Sequence record: DRR723986_777 | Length of the DNA: 35,439 bases | Strand: one strand, 5' to 3' | Part shown: piece after piece, positions 26,083-34,283 of the stretch | Layout of the letters: each line of letters starts with the position of its first letter | How positions within the stretch are numbered: the stretch's first letter is position 1 | Notes under the pieces: model-generated | What the model saw: only the letters and a program-made list of their open reading frames with translations | Databases searched by the model: none | What the model was told of the DNA's origin: nothing | Made by a program: the position numbers and the translations under genes

Positions 26083-27087
26083 TCAGACCGTCAGGACGAT
26101 CTTGCCGAAATGCTTCTGGCTCGCCTGGTGGGCGAACGCATCGGCGATCTTGTCCAGCGGGAAGGTGCTATCGATCACCGGCTTGATGCCGTTCGCCTCG
26201 ATGGCGTCGATCATGTCTTCCTGCATCCGGCGTGAGCCGACCGTAATGCCCGACAGGGTAATGTTGCGCGAGAAGAGCGCCGCCGTCGGCACTTCACCTG
26301 AGACGCCGGTAAGCACGCCGATCAGCGAGATGTGCCCACCCGGGCGGCACGCCGCGATGGACTGCGCCATGGTGCCCGGCCCGCCGATTTCGACAACTTC
26401 ATCGACGCCGCGTCCGCCTGCCAGTTTGAAGGCTTCAGCGCCCCATTCCGGGTTTTCCTTGTAATTGATCACATGATCGGCGCCGAGGGCTTTCAGCTTT
26501 TCGAGCTTCTCGGCCGAGGACGAAGTCGAGATCACCCGGCAGCCAGCCGCCTTGGCGAGCTGCAGCGCGAAGATCGAGACGCCGCCTGTGCCCTGCGTCA
26601 GCACCCAGTCGCCCGGCTTGACCTTGCCTTCGGCGACAATGCCGCGCCACGCGGTCAGCGCCGCACACGGAAGGGTTGCGGCCTCTTCAAACGTCCAGCC
26701 TTCCGGCATGCGGGTGAAGGCCGTTTCAGGCGCGGCGACAAGCTCCGCCGCAAAACCGTCTGCCCCGTCGCCGGGAACGGACTGGAAGCCCGCTGCCTCG
26801 ATCTGGCCGGACTGCCAGCTGGGGAAGAACAGCGAGAGGACCTTGTCGCCTTCTTTCCATTTGGTGACACCCTCGCCGACGGCGACGACTTCGCAGGCGC
26901 CGTCGGACATCGGAATGCGGCCATCCGGGGTCGGGATGCCGCCCATGACGACGACAAAGTCGTGATAGTTGAGGCTGGAGGCGCGCACGCGCACCAGCAC
27001 TTCTCCCGGGCCGGGTTTCGGGTCGGGGCGTTCTTCGATGACGAGGTTTCCGGGTCCGCCCGGCTTCTTGACGGCTGCAACTTTCAT
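26083..27087 (-). CDS. NAD(P)-dependent medium-chain dehydrogenase/reductase (quinone-oxidoreductase-like)
   Basis: SLNYHD, PMSDG, ATLPCAALTAW, QGTGGVS, HFGKIV; GGAGGA SD before ATG 27087. Confidence 0.9.
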   Translation of the reverse strand: MKVAAVKKPGGPGNLVIEERPDPKPGPGEVLVRVRASSLNYHDFVVVMGGIPTPDGRIPMSDGACEVVAVGEGVTKWKEGDKVLSLFFPSWQSGQIEAAGFQSVPGDGADGFAAELVAAPETAFTRMPEGWTFEEAATLPCAALTAWRGIVAEGKVKPGDWVLTQGTGGVSIFALQLAKAAGCRVISTSSSAEKLEKLKALGADHVINYKENPEWGAEAFKLAGGRGVDEVVEIGGPGTMAQSIAACRPGGHISLIGVLTGVSGEVPTAALFSRNITLSGITVGSRRMQEDMIDAIEANGIKPVIDSTFPLDKIADAFAHQASQKHFGKIVLTV

Positions 27088-27161
27088 GGGGTTTTCCTCC
27101 TGAATTTGAGAGGAAGGGAGCGGTCCCGCCCTAGGGTAAGTCAAGCGGAACCGGAATCACT

Positions 27162-28631
27162 TCAGGCGTTTTGGGCCATGGCCGCGATCCGCTCTTCGCG
27201 GAGCGTCTTGCGGCGTACCTTTCCGGCATCGTCGCGCACGGCTTCGCTGACATATTCGAAGCTCTTCGGGATCTTGTAGCGCACAAGCATGGTGGCGAGA
27301 TGGGCCACCATGTCGGCCTCGTCCACTGCGCCCTCCGGCCGGCAGATGACGGCATGCAGGCGCGCGCCCATATCTTCGTCCGGCAGGCCGATCACGGCGG
27401 ATGATTGTACGCCCGGATAGGCATCGATCGCCGCTTCCACTTCCGCCGGATAGATGTTCGCCCCGCCCGACAGGATCATGTCGGACAGGCGGTCTGTCAG
27501 GTAGAGGTAGCCATCTTCATCCATGTAGCCCATGTCGCCGAGGCTTTCCCAGCCGCCTTCGAGCGATTTGGCCTCCGCGCCGATATAGCGATAGGTCGTG
27601 CCCGGGCCTTCCAGCGGGCGCATGAAAATCTCGCCGACTTCGCCAGGCGGCAGGGTTTCGCCATTTTCGCCGACAACCTTCATCTCGCACGCCTCGACCG
27701 GCCTGCCGACGGAGCCGCGATGCTCCAGCCATTCCGTTCCCTGAATGATCGTCGTGCCCTGCCCTTCGGTGCCGGCATAGAGCTCCCAGATCACGTCGCC
27801 GCCCAGCCATTCGATGAAGCATTCCTTCAGCCAGGCCGGGCATGGCGCCGCGAGGTGCCAGAGCGCCTTGAGGCTGGACAGGTCGTACTTGTTCCGCACG
27901 TCTTCCGGTAGCGCCCAGATGCGGCGCATCATGGTCGGCACAGTGTAGACGACATCCACTTTCAGCCGCTCGATCGTCTCCAGCGTCTTTTCCGCGTCGA
28001 AGCGCGTCGTGATACCGACGGTGCAGCCTTTGAAGAGGGCGATCATCGCCCACATGAAGGGGCCATTGTGATAAAGCGGGCCGGGGATCAGCATCGCGCC
28101 CTGCACCGGGATTTCGAGATAGGGCAGTTCCGGATCCCATGCGGCGGGAATTTTGGAGACGATCAGTTTCGGCCGGCCGGTGGAACCGCCGCTGGTCATC
28201 GCCTTGATCGAGGCCGCCATGCGCTCAGGCAGCTCCGTATCCGGAAGGCTCGTGTCTGGTTCGTAATTCTCGGGCACCGACGGCGTGTCGCCATATTCGC
28301 TCGCCGGAACGCCGACCACGAGGGATGGCTTGCCAAGCTCCACGATCTGGTCGCGCTCATGTTTTGGAAGACGCGACGAAATCGGCTGTGGCGTCGCGCC
28401 GGCTTTCCAGGTGGCGAGGCAGGCTTCGAAGAATTCGATCCCGTTCGGCAGGGCGATGGTGACGAAATCGTCCTGCTCCACGCCCAGTTTTTCATAGGCG
28501 CGCGCAAGGCGGTTGGTGCGCCGGTCAAGGTCTGCCCAGCTGATCTGGACCCCTTCATGATCGATCGCAGGCCGCTCCGGCTGTTTCGCCGCCCAGAAAG
28601 CCAGAATGCGTGAAAGCGTAATGATCGCCAC
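27162..28631 (-). CDS. AMP-binding acyl-CoA synthetase/ligase
   Basis: TSGGSTGRPK, PLYHNGP, YAGTEG, GDMGY, SGGANIYPAEVE, GKV; GTG start with AGGAGG SD. Confidence 0.93.
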   Translation of the reverse strand: MAIITLSRILAFWAAKQPERPAIDHEGVQISWADLDRRTNRLARAYEKLGVEQDDFVTIALPNGIEFFEACLATWKAGATPQPISSRLPKHERDQIVELGKPSLVVGVPASEYGDTPSVPENYEPDTSLPDTELPERMAASIKAMTSGGSTGRPKLIVSKIPAAWDPELPYLEIPVQGAMLIPGPLYHNGPFMWAMIALFKGCTVGITTRFDAEKTLETIERLKVDVVYTVPTMMRRIWALPEDVRNKYDLSSLKALWHLAAPCPAWLKECFIEWLGGDVIWELYAGTEGQGTTIIQGTEWLEHRGSVGRPVEACEMKVVGENGETLPPGEVGEIFMRPLEGPGTTYRYIGAEAKSLEGGWESLGDMGYMDEDGYLYLTDRLSDMILSGGANIYPAEVEAAIDAYPGVQSSAVIGLPDEDMGARLHAVICRPEGAVDEADMVAHLATMLVRYKIPKSFEYVSEAVRDDAGKVRRKTLREERIAAMAQNA

Positions 28632-28666
28632 AGGTTTCCTCCTAACCCCAGTCTATTTTTTCTTGT

Positions 28667-29617
28667 CTATATATCCGCACGTTTCAGGAGGCGTTGGAAG
28701 CCCTCCCAGAACTCCGCACGTTTGTCGTCCGTTTCCATCAGGATCTCGTGCATCGCGCCCTCAACCATCACGTGCTCACAATCCGGCAGGCGTTTGCAGA
28801 CAGCGGTATGGGTCGCATTGTCGACCAGCTGCTCTTCCGAGGCAGAGGCGACGAAGACGGGAATGGTCACAGAGCTCAGTGTCCTGGCTTTTGTGAAGGT
28901 CGCAAGGATATCCAGCGACGCACCAAGCCAGCCCCATGTCACCGGGCCGAGGTCCAGCTCCGGCCGGGCATCGACGAGGTCGCGCTGCAGCTGCCAGTGC
29001 TTTCTGTCATGGGTCACGATGTTCGTCTCGAACGTCTCCGGCGGGCCGGGCTGGACAGCATAGTCACCGGACCGGCCGGTCGCCCGCATCGCCCAGACGA
29101 GATAGCGCATGCCGAGGAATTTTGACTTGATCCCCCACATCGGCGCAGAGAACGCGGCCGCGTCCACCTTCACCAGACCCTGCGCAATGGCGGCCAGCGC
29201 AATCGCGCCGCCCATGGAATGAGCCAGCGACACATAAGGCCGCGGCAAGCGGTCATCGAGCGCCTCCAGCCCGTTGGCCAGCGCGCCCATGAACGTCTCG
29301 AACCGGTCGATATGGCCTTTCTTCGTGTCGTCGAGCAGGCGCTCCGACAGGCCCTGCCCCGGCCAGTCCAGGATCACGACGGCAAAGCCCATCGCCTGCA
29401 GCTCATGGCCGACTTCAAAATATTTTTCGATGAATTCGGTCCGGCCCGGGCAGACGATGGCCGTGCCGCGCGGCGTGTCGGGCGCCAACGCCGGGGCGAC
29501 GCAGGCCCGCAGGGCGCGTCCGCCCGTGCCCTTGAACCAGACAATCTCAGCCCCTTTCGGCGGTGGATTGCCGGGGACGAGGACGAATTCGGTATCCGGC
29601 GGCGAGGTCGTGTCCAT
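28667..29617 (-). CDS. Alpha/beta hydrolase, lysophospholipase L2 (PldB)-like
   Basis: PGRTEFIEKY, DWPGQGLS, AHSMGG, HEILME. Confidence 0.9.
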   Translation of the reverse strand: MDTTSPPDTEFVLVPGNPPPKGAEIVWFKGTGGRALRACVAPALAPDTPRGTAIVCPGRTEFIEKYFEVGHELQAMGFAVVILDWPGQGLSERLLDDTKKGHIDRFETFMGALANGLEALDDRLPRPYVSLAHSMGGAIALAAIAQGLVKVDAAAFSAPMWGIKSKFLGMRYLVWAMRATGRSGDYAVQPGPPETFETNIVTHDRKHWQLQRDLVDARPELDLGPVTWGWLGASLDILATFTKARTLSSVTIPVFVASASEEQLVDNATHTAVCKRLPDCEHVMVEGAMHEILMETDDKRAEFWEGFQRLLKRADI

Positions 29618-29636
29618 GCAATTTTATCCCAGACGG

Positions 29637-29670
29637 AAAAGGCCGCCCGCAGGGTGTCCCGGGGCGGCCT
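29637..29670 (-). terminator. Probable terminator after SCP2 gene
   Basis: AGGCCGCCC...GGGCGGCC-TTTT on the - strand. Confidence 0.55.
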
Positions 29671-29699
29671 GACCTGTCAAACCCGAAGGGCTACTCGCC

Positions 29700-30002
29700 T
29701 TAGGAGAGCGCCTTCATCAGGCTCTGAAGCTGCATGGCAACCGACATGTCGCCTTCAACTTTCAGTTTCCCCTGCATGAAGGCCATCGTGGCATCGAGGC
29801 CGCCGGAGGCGATCTTCTTGAAGTCTTCCCAATCAACCTTGATCGTCGCATCGGCTGCGTCATCAGAATTGTTGGCCACGCCATTCATGCCATCGATCAA
29901 AAGTTTGCCGGCATCGCCGAAGTCAAACTTCACCTTTTTCTTGAAGTCGCCGCCTGCGGAAACAGCGTCATTGGCCTTGGCTGTGAGTTCTGCGAGATCC
30001 AT
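29700..30002 (-). CDS. SCP2 sterol/lipid-carrier domain protein
   Basis: VKFDFG..ADATI..LDATMAFMQGKLKVEGDMSVAM; AAGGAGG SD. Confidence 0.92.
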   Translation of the reverse strand: MDLAELTAKANDAVSAGGDFKKKVKFDFGDAGKLLIDGMNGVANNSDDAADATIKVDWEDFKKIASGGLDATMAFMQGKLKVEGDMSVAMQLQSLMKALS

Positions 30003-30152
30003 GAGATTCCTCCTTGGGATGGATTTGATGCGATAAAGCAGACCCCCGGTATGAAAATCAAGGAAAAGCTGTGTGACATACCGTACCGGAATGGGGGCTT
30101 TCAGAGCCTCGCAGTGCGGCCTGTGTTCTCCGGGCCATGCCCGCTGAAATCT

Positions 30153-30170
30153 TGTGAGACCGGTTTCACA
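30153..30170. promoter_or_regulatory. Palindrome TGTGAGACCGGTTTCACA, candidate operator
   Basis: 16/18 self-complementary, central CG, just upstream of TTGACG (30176-30181). Confidence 0.45.
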
Positions 30171-30211
30171 TCCGCTTGACGTTGCGCTGGGGAAGCGTGG
30201 AAGGTCGCGGC

Positions 30212-31759
30212 ATGAGTTGGGAAAAATCGATTGAGGAACTCCGCCGCCGGGAACGGCTGGCCGAGAAAATGGGCGGCGAAGAACCCGTCGAACGCCAGCG
30301 CGGACGCGGCAAGCTGACCGTCCGCGAACGGGTCGCTTTCCTGGCAGACCCCGGCAGCTTCCATGAACTGGGCAAGATTGCCGGGCGGGCCACCTATTCC
30401 GCAGACGATGAGCTGGAAAGCTTCCTGCCGTCGAACTCCGTGACCGGCCGGGCCCGGATCGATGGACAGCCGGTGGCCATCCTCGCCGACGACTTCACTG
30501 TTCGCGGCGGCGCCTCAGATGCCTCGATCCGCGGCAAGCTGCTGATCATGATCAAGATGGCCGCCGAATACCGCATGCCGCTGGTCCAGCTGATCGACGG
30601 CACAGGCGGCGGCGGCTCGGTCAAATCCCTGGAACAGGACCCGCGCACCTATATTCCCGAGACGCCGGGATGGGACGGGATTGTCCACGGCCTCTCACAG
30701 GTGCCATTTGTGTCGCTCGCCCTGGGCCCCTGCGCAGGCATGGGCGCAGGCCGCGTGGCAGCCAGCCATTTCTCGGTCATGGTCAAGGAACTCAGCCAGG
30801 TGTTCGTGGCCGGCCCGCCGGTGGCGATCGCGCTCGGCGAAGACGTCACCAAGGAGGAGCTCGGCGGCTGGAAGATCCAGGCGCAGAACGGCACGGTGGA
30901 CAATGTCGTCGACACCGAAGCCGACGCGTTCATCGCGGCACGGCGCTTCTTGTCCTACCTGCCCCCCTCCGTACACGACCTGCCCAAGCGGACCGCCCCG
31001 GCCGATCATCCTGACAGGAAGGAAGAGAGCCTGCTCTCCATCGTGCCGACCGACGGGAAGACACCCTACAAGCCGCGCAAGATCATCGACGCCACGGTCG
31101 ACCATGGAAGCTTCTTCGAGATCGGTAAGGAATGGGGCCGCGGAATCGTCACCGGTCTCGCGCGAATCGACGGCTACCCGGTTGGCATTCTGGCCGGAGA
31201 TCCCTTCTTTCTGGATGGGGCCTGGACGGCAGATGTCTGCGACAAGGTCACAAGGCACATGGACATCTGCTCCATGTTCCACCTGCCGGTCATCCACTTC
31301 GTCGATTGCCCCGGCTTTGCCGTCGGCGTGAAGGCGGAGACCGCCGGCGTCACCCGTGCAGGCGTGCGCGCCATGACGGCCGTCTATCAGGCAGACGTGC
31401 CGGTCTGTTCCGTGATCATCCGCAAGGCCTATGGCCTGGCCGGGTCGGCCATGATGAACCAGTCGAAGACCAAATGGCGTTATTGCTGGCCGAGCGGCGA
31501 CTGGGGCAGCCTGCCCATGGCCGGCGGCATCGAGGCCGCGTTCCGCAAAGAACTTGCCGAGGCCGAGGATCCCGACGCCCTGAAAGAACAATTGTACCGG
31601 AAATTCGAAGCGATCCGCTCACCGTTCCGTACGGCGGAAAGTTTCTTTGCGGAGGAAATCATCGATCCGCGGGATACACGGCCGCTGCTGGTGGATTTCA
31701 TCCATCACGCCTGGCGGGTTCTCGAACCCGGCGAGCGCAAAGTCGGCTACCGGCCCTGA
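30212..31759 (+). CDS. Acyl-CoA carboxylase carboxyltransferase (beta) subunit
   Basis: GKLTVRERV, DDFTVRGG, AGPPV, KEELGG, VDCPGF, IIRKAYG, EIIDPRDTR. Confidence 0.93.
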   Translation: MSWEKSIEELRRRERLAEKMGGEEPVERQRGRGKLTVRERVAFLADPGSFHELGKIAGRATYSADDELESFLPSNSVTGRARIDGQPVAILADDFTVRGGASDASIRGKLLIMIKMAAEYRMPLVQLIDGTGGGGSVKSLEQDPRTYIPETPGWDGIVHGLSQVPFVSLALGPCAGMGAGRVAASHFSVMVKELSQVFVAGPPVAIALGEDVTKEELGGWKIQAQNGTVDNVVDTEADAFIAARRFLSYLPPSVHDLPKRTAPADHPDRKEESLLSIVPTDGKTPYKPRKIIDATVDHGSFFEIGKEWGRGIVTGLARIDGYPVGILAGDPFFLDGAWTADVCDKVTRHMDICSMFHLPVIHFVDCPGFAVGVKAETAGVTRAGVRAMTAVYQADVPVCSVIIRKAYGLAGSAMMNQSKTKWRYCWPSGDWGSLPMAGGIEAAFRKELAEAEDPDALKEQLYRKFEAIRSPFRTAESFFAEEIIDPRDTRPLLVDFIHHAWRVLEPGERKVGYRP

Positions 31760-31790
31760 CCGAAGCCAGGGCCGGGGCGCCACCACCTAT

Positions 31791-32954
31791 TTAGATCGAG
31801 GTCAGGACTTCTTTTGCGGCCGCGTGGCACTTGTCGATCTCGTGATCGAGGCCCACGCAGATGCGCGTCCAGTTCGGCAAGTCGCTCCAACGCTCGCCGA
31901 CAACGCGCACATTGCGCTCCAGCATCTTGGCCGCGAAATCCTTCGCCGGCATGCCGACATCCATATAGATGAAGCTGCCCTGCGGATCCGGCGCGATCGG
32001 GCGGCCAAGGTCAGCCGCCATCGCGACCAGCTTGGCGCGGCCCCGGCCGAGCTTCAGGCGCATTTCTTCGAAATAGGCCGTGTCGTCGAGGGCGGCGAGA
32101 CCGCCCACGAGGCCAAGCTTGTTGACGTTGGACAGGCGGCCCGTCATGCGGATTTCCATCGCCATGTCAGCCGGCATCAACGCGTAGCCAAGACGCTGGC
32201 CAGCCATCGCATAGAGTTTCGAGAAGGTCCGTGCAACGACGACCGGCTTGCCAGCGGCAACAAACTCACTCATCACGCCGGCCGGATAGTCATCTGAAAT
32301 ATCGAGATAGGCTTCGTCGATGAAGACCGGAACCTTGGCGCTGACGTCTTCGACGAAGGCTTTCAGCTGGGCCGGCGGGATCGTCTTGCCGGTCGGGTTG
32401 TTCGGGTTGCACAGGTAAACGGCGCCGGTGTCCGGACCAACGGCTGCAGCGATGGCTTCAAGGTCGTAGCCCATATCCTGCGTGAGCGGCATGTAGACGA
32501 CTTCGGTACCTGCCTGCTCGGCGACGCGCGGCACGCCTTCATAAGTGATGGCGGAGGTGATGATCTTGCCACCCTTCACGTTCACCCAGTCAGCAAAGGC
32601 TGCGAGGATCGGGGACGAGCCGTTGGTGACAAGCACCTGCTCCGGCGCGACGCCTTCCTTGGCGGCGATCTTCTCGGCGAACTTCATCACCGTCGGATAG
32701 GTGTAGCGATAGATATTGGTCAGCTCGGCCTGCATCGCGGCAACCGCCATCGGCGACGGGCCGAACGGGTTTTCGTTGGACGACAGGATCGCCATGGCAT
32801 TCGGGTCGATGGCATCATTGGCCGGCGTCGCGGCGGTCGCGGTTTCCGAACAGGCCGAGAGGGCGGTCGCTGCGCCAACGGCGCCGACACCGGCCAGTTT
32901 CATCAGGCTGCGGCGGGAAGGTGAAAAGAGCGGTTCGCTGGAAAATCTGTTCAT
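31791..32954 (-). CDS. HisC-like PLP-dependent aminotransferase (class I/II) with Tat signal and lipobox
   Basis: SSNENPFG, CNPNNPTG, DEAY, RTFSK..G.RLGY; SRRSLMK twin-arginine, LSAC. Confidence 0.92.
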   Translation of the reverse strand: MNRFSSEPLFSPSRRSLMKLAGVGAVGAATALSACSETATAATPANDAIDPNAMAILSSNENPFGPSPMAVAAMQAELTNIYRYTYPTVMKFAEKIAAKEGVAPEQVLVTNGSSPILAAFADWVNVKGGKIITSAITYEGVPRVAEQAGTEVVYMPLTQDMGYDLEAIAAAVGPDTGAVYLCNPNNPTGKTIPPAQLKAFVEDVSAKVPVFIDEAYLDISDDYPAGVMSEFVAAGKPVVVARTFSKLYAMAGQRLGYALMPADMAMEIRMTGRLSNVNKLGLVGGLAALDDTAYFEEMRLKLGRGRAKLVAMAADLGRPIAPDPQGSFIYMDVGMPAKDFAAKMLERNVRVVGERWSDLPNWTRICVGLDHEIDKCHAAAKEVLTSI

Positions 32955-33281
32955 GACCTTGGGTCCTTAGAATGGTCCGGAGGGTCTCTCACCGAGGCTG
33001 GAGGACCGGCGCACCCTCCGAGGCGCCGGATATGCAGGAACGATCCGCCTCGCCTGCTGCGTCGGCAACACAAAGGTCTCCCTGCCGGGGAATCCGCTGG
33101 CGATTGCTTCCTTGATGACCAGATTCGCCTGTGAGGCGGGCGCCGTTGCAGGCGGGTCGCGCGCCTGAACCGCAATCTGCCCCGTCACACGGACCCGACC
33201 GCCGCAATTTTTCGCTTTGCGAGCGGAATCTTGCCTTTTTCCGCGTTTCATGTGGGAGATGAGTCCACTGGAGGGACACAC

Positions 33282-34217
33282 ATGAACACCAAATCACTTC
33301 GCATCGCCCTGTCGGCGCTTACCCTGTCGGCCATGGGCCTTGCCGCCTGCGGCGGGCCCGGCGCATCGCGGGAATCCGCCCGCCAGATGAACGCGCCCCC
33401 TCCCCCGGTCGAAATGTCGATGGGCGCGAAATACGCCGCCGACGACGCCATGTTGATGGAAGAGATGGAGGCCGGCGCCGGGCCAGACGGCAGCATGGGC
33501 GGCGAGACCGTCGCCCAGCAATACATTGCCTACTCCCACTCCATCGGCATGCGCCTGCCGGTAAATGCAATCGAGCCGACGCTGCAGGGCCATATCGATG
33601 CCTGCAACAAGGCCGGGCCCACGGTCTGCATGGTGACGAATTCCTGGATGAATGCCTATTCGGAGGACGAAGCCTCCGCGTCGCTGAACCTTCGCGCCAC
33701 ACCGGCCTGGATCGAACAGTTCCTGAATGGCGTCGAAGCCGAAGCCAAAGCGGCGAAAGGCGAAATCACCAACCGCCAGACGACTGCCGAAGACCTGACT
33801 GTTTCCATCATCGATACCGATGCGCGGCTCGAAGCACAGGAAACGCTGCAGGCCCGGCTGGAACAGCTGCTGGCCGACCGGCCCGGCAAGCTGGGCGAAC
33901 TGCTGGAAACCGAGCGGGAACTGGCCCGCGTAAACGGCGAGATCGATTCCCTGAAATCCTCCCTCGCGGCCCTGCGCCAGCGGGTGAACATGAGCCAGCT
34001 GTCCATCGGCTATGAAACCAAGCGCAATCCGGTCTCGCAGGGCGCGCTGGAGCCGCTGGCCCGCGCCTTCGGAGACTTCTTCTATAATCTGTCGAGCGCG
34101 CTGGCCGCCGTGATTACCGCCTTTGCCATCGGCCTGCCCTGGCTGATCCTGATTGGCGTCTTCGTCTGGATCTGGCTGAAACTGATCTGGCCGCGTATCC
34201 GCCGCAAGAAGAGCTGA
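33282..34217 (+). CDS. DUF4349-like lipoprotein with C-terminal TM
   Basis: LAAC lipobox, EDLT..IIDTDARL, ERELARVNGEIDSL, C-terminal hydrophobic helix; GGAGGG SD. Confidence 0.85.
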   Translation: MNTKSLRIALSALTLSAMGLAACGGPGASRESARQMNAPPPPVEMSMGAKYAADDAMLMEEMEAGAGPDGSMGGETVAQQYIAYSHSIGMRLPVNAIEPTLQGHIDACNKAGPTVCMVTNSWMNAYSEDEASASLNLRATPAWIEQFLNGVEAEAKAAKGEITNRQTTAEDLTVSIIDTDARLEAQETLQARLEQLLADRPGKLGELLETERELARVNGEIDSLKSSLAALRQRVNMSQLSIGYETKRNPVSQGALEPLARAFGDFFYNLSSALAAVITAFAIGLPWLILIGVFVWIWLKLIWPRIRRKKS

Positions 34218-34235
34218 TCCGGCATCCGAAACAGC

Positions 34236-34267
34236 AAAGCCCCGCGGAGCGATCCGCGGGGCTTTTT
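34236..34267. terminator. Bidirectional intrinsic terminator
   Basis: AAAGCCCCGCGGA-GCGA-TCCGCGGGGCTTTTT between convergent genes. Confidence 0.9.
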
Positions 34268-34283
34268 CTTTACCGGTCTGGAA

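Noticed and set aside
30153-30170. CRP/FNR site
   Set aside because: TGTGA and TCACA are spaced by 8 bp, not 6
30695-31591. Long antisense ORFs (also 18638-19777, 9112-10095, 10258-11193, 26332-27279, 25179-25991)
   Set aside because: Shadows of well-supported genes caused by high-GC codon bias; no motifs or RBS
31791-32954. Calling the aminotransferase hisC
   Set aside because: Export signal and no his context
33130-33200. SAH- or ZTP-riboswitch-like fragments (CAACGGCGCCCGC; GTGAC..GCCTG)
   Set aside because: Partner conserved elements (GAGGRGCGCTGC/CAGGCTCGG; GACTGG/CTGGG) are missing
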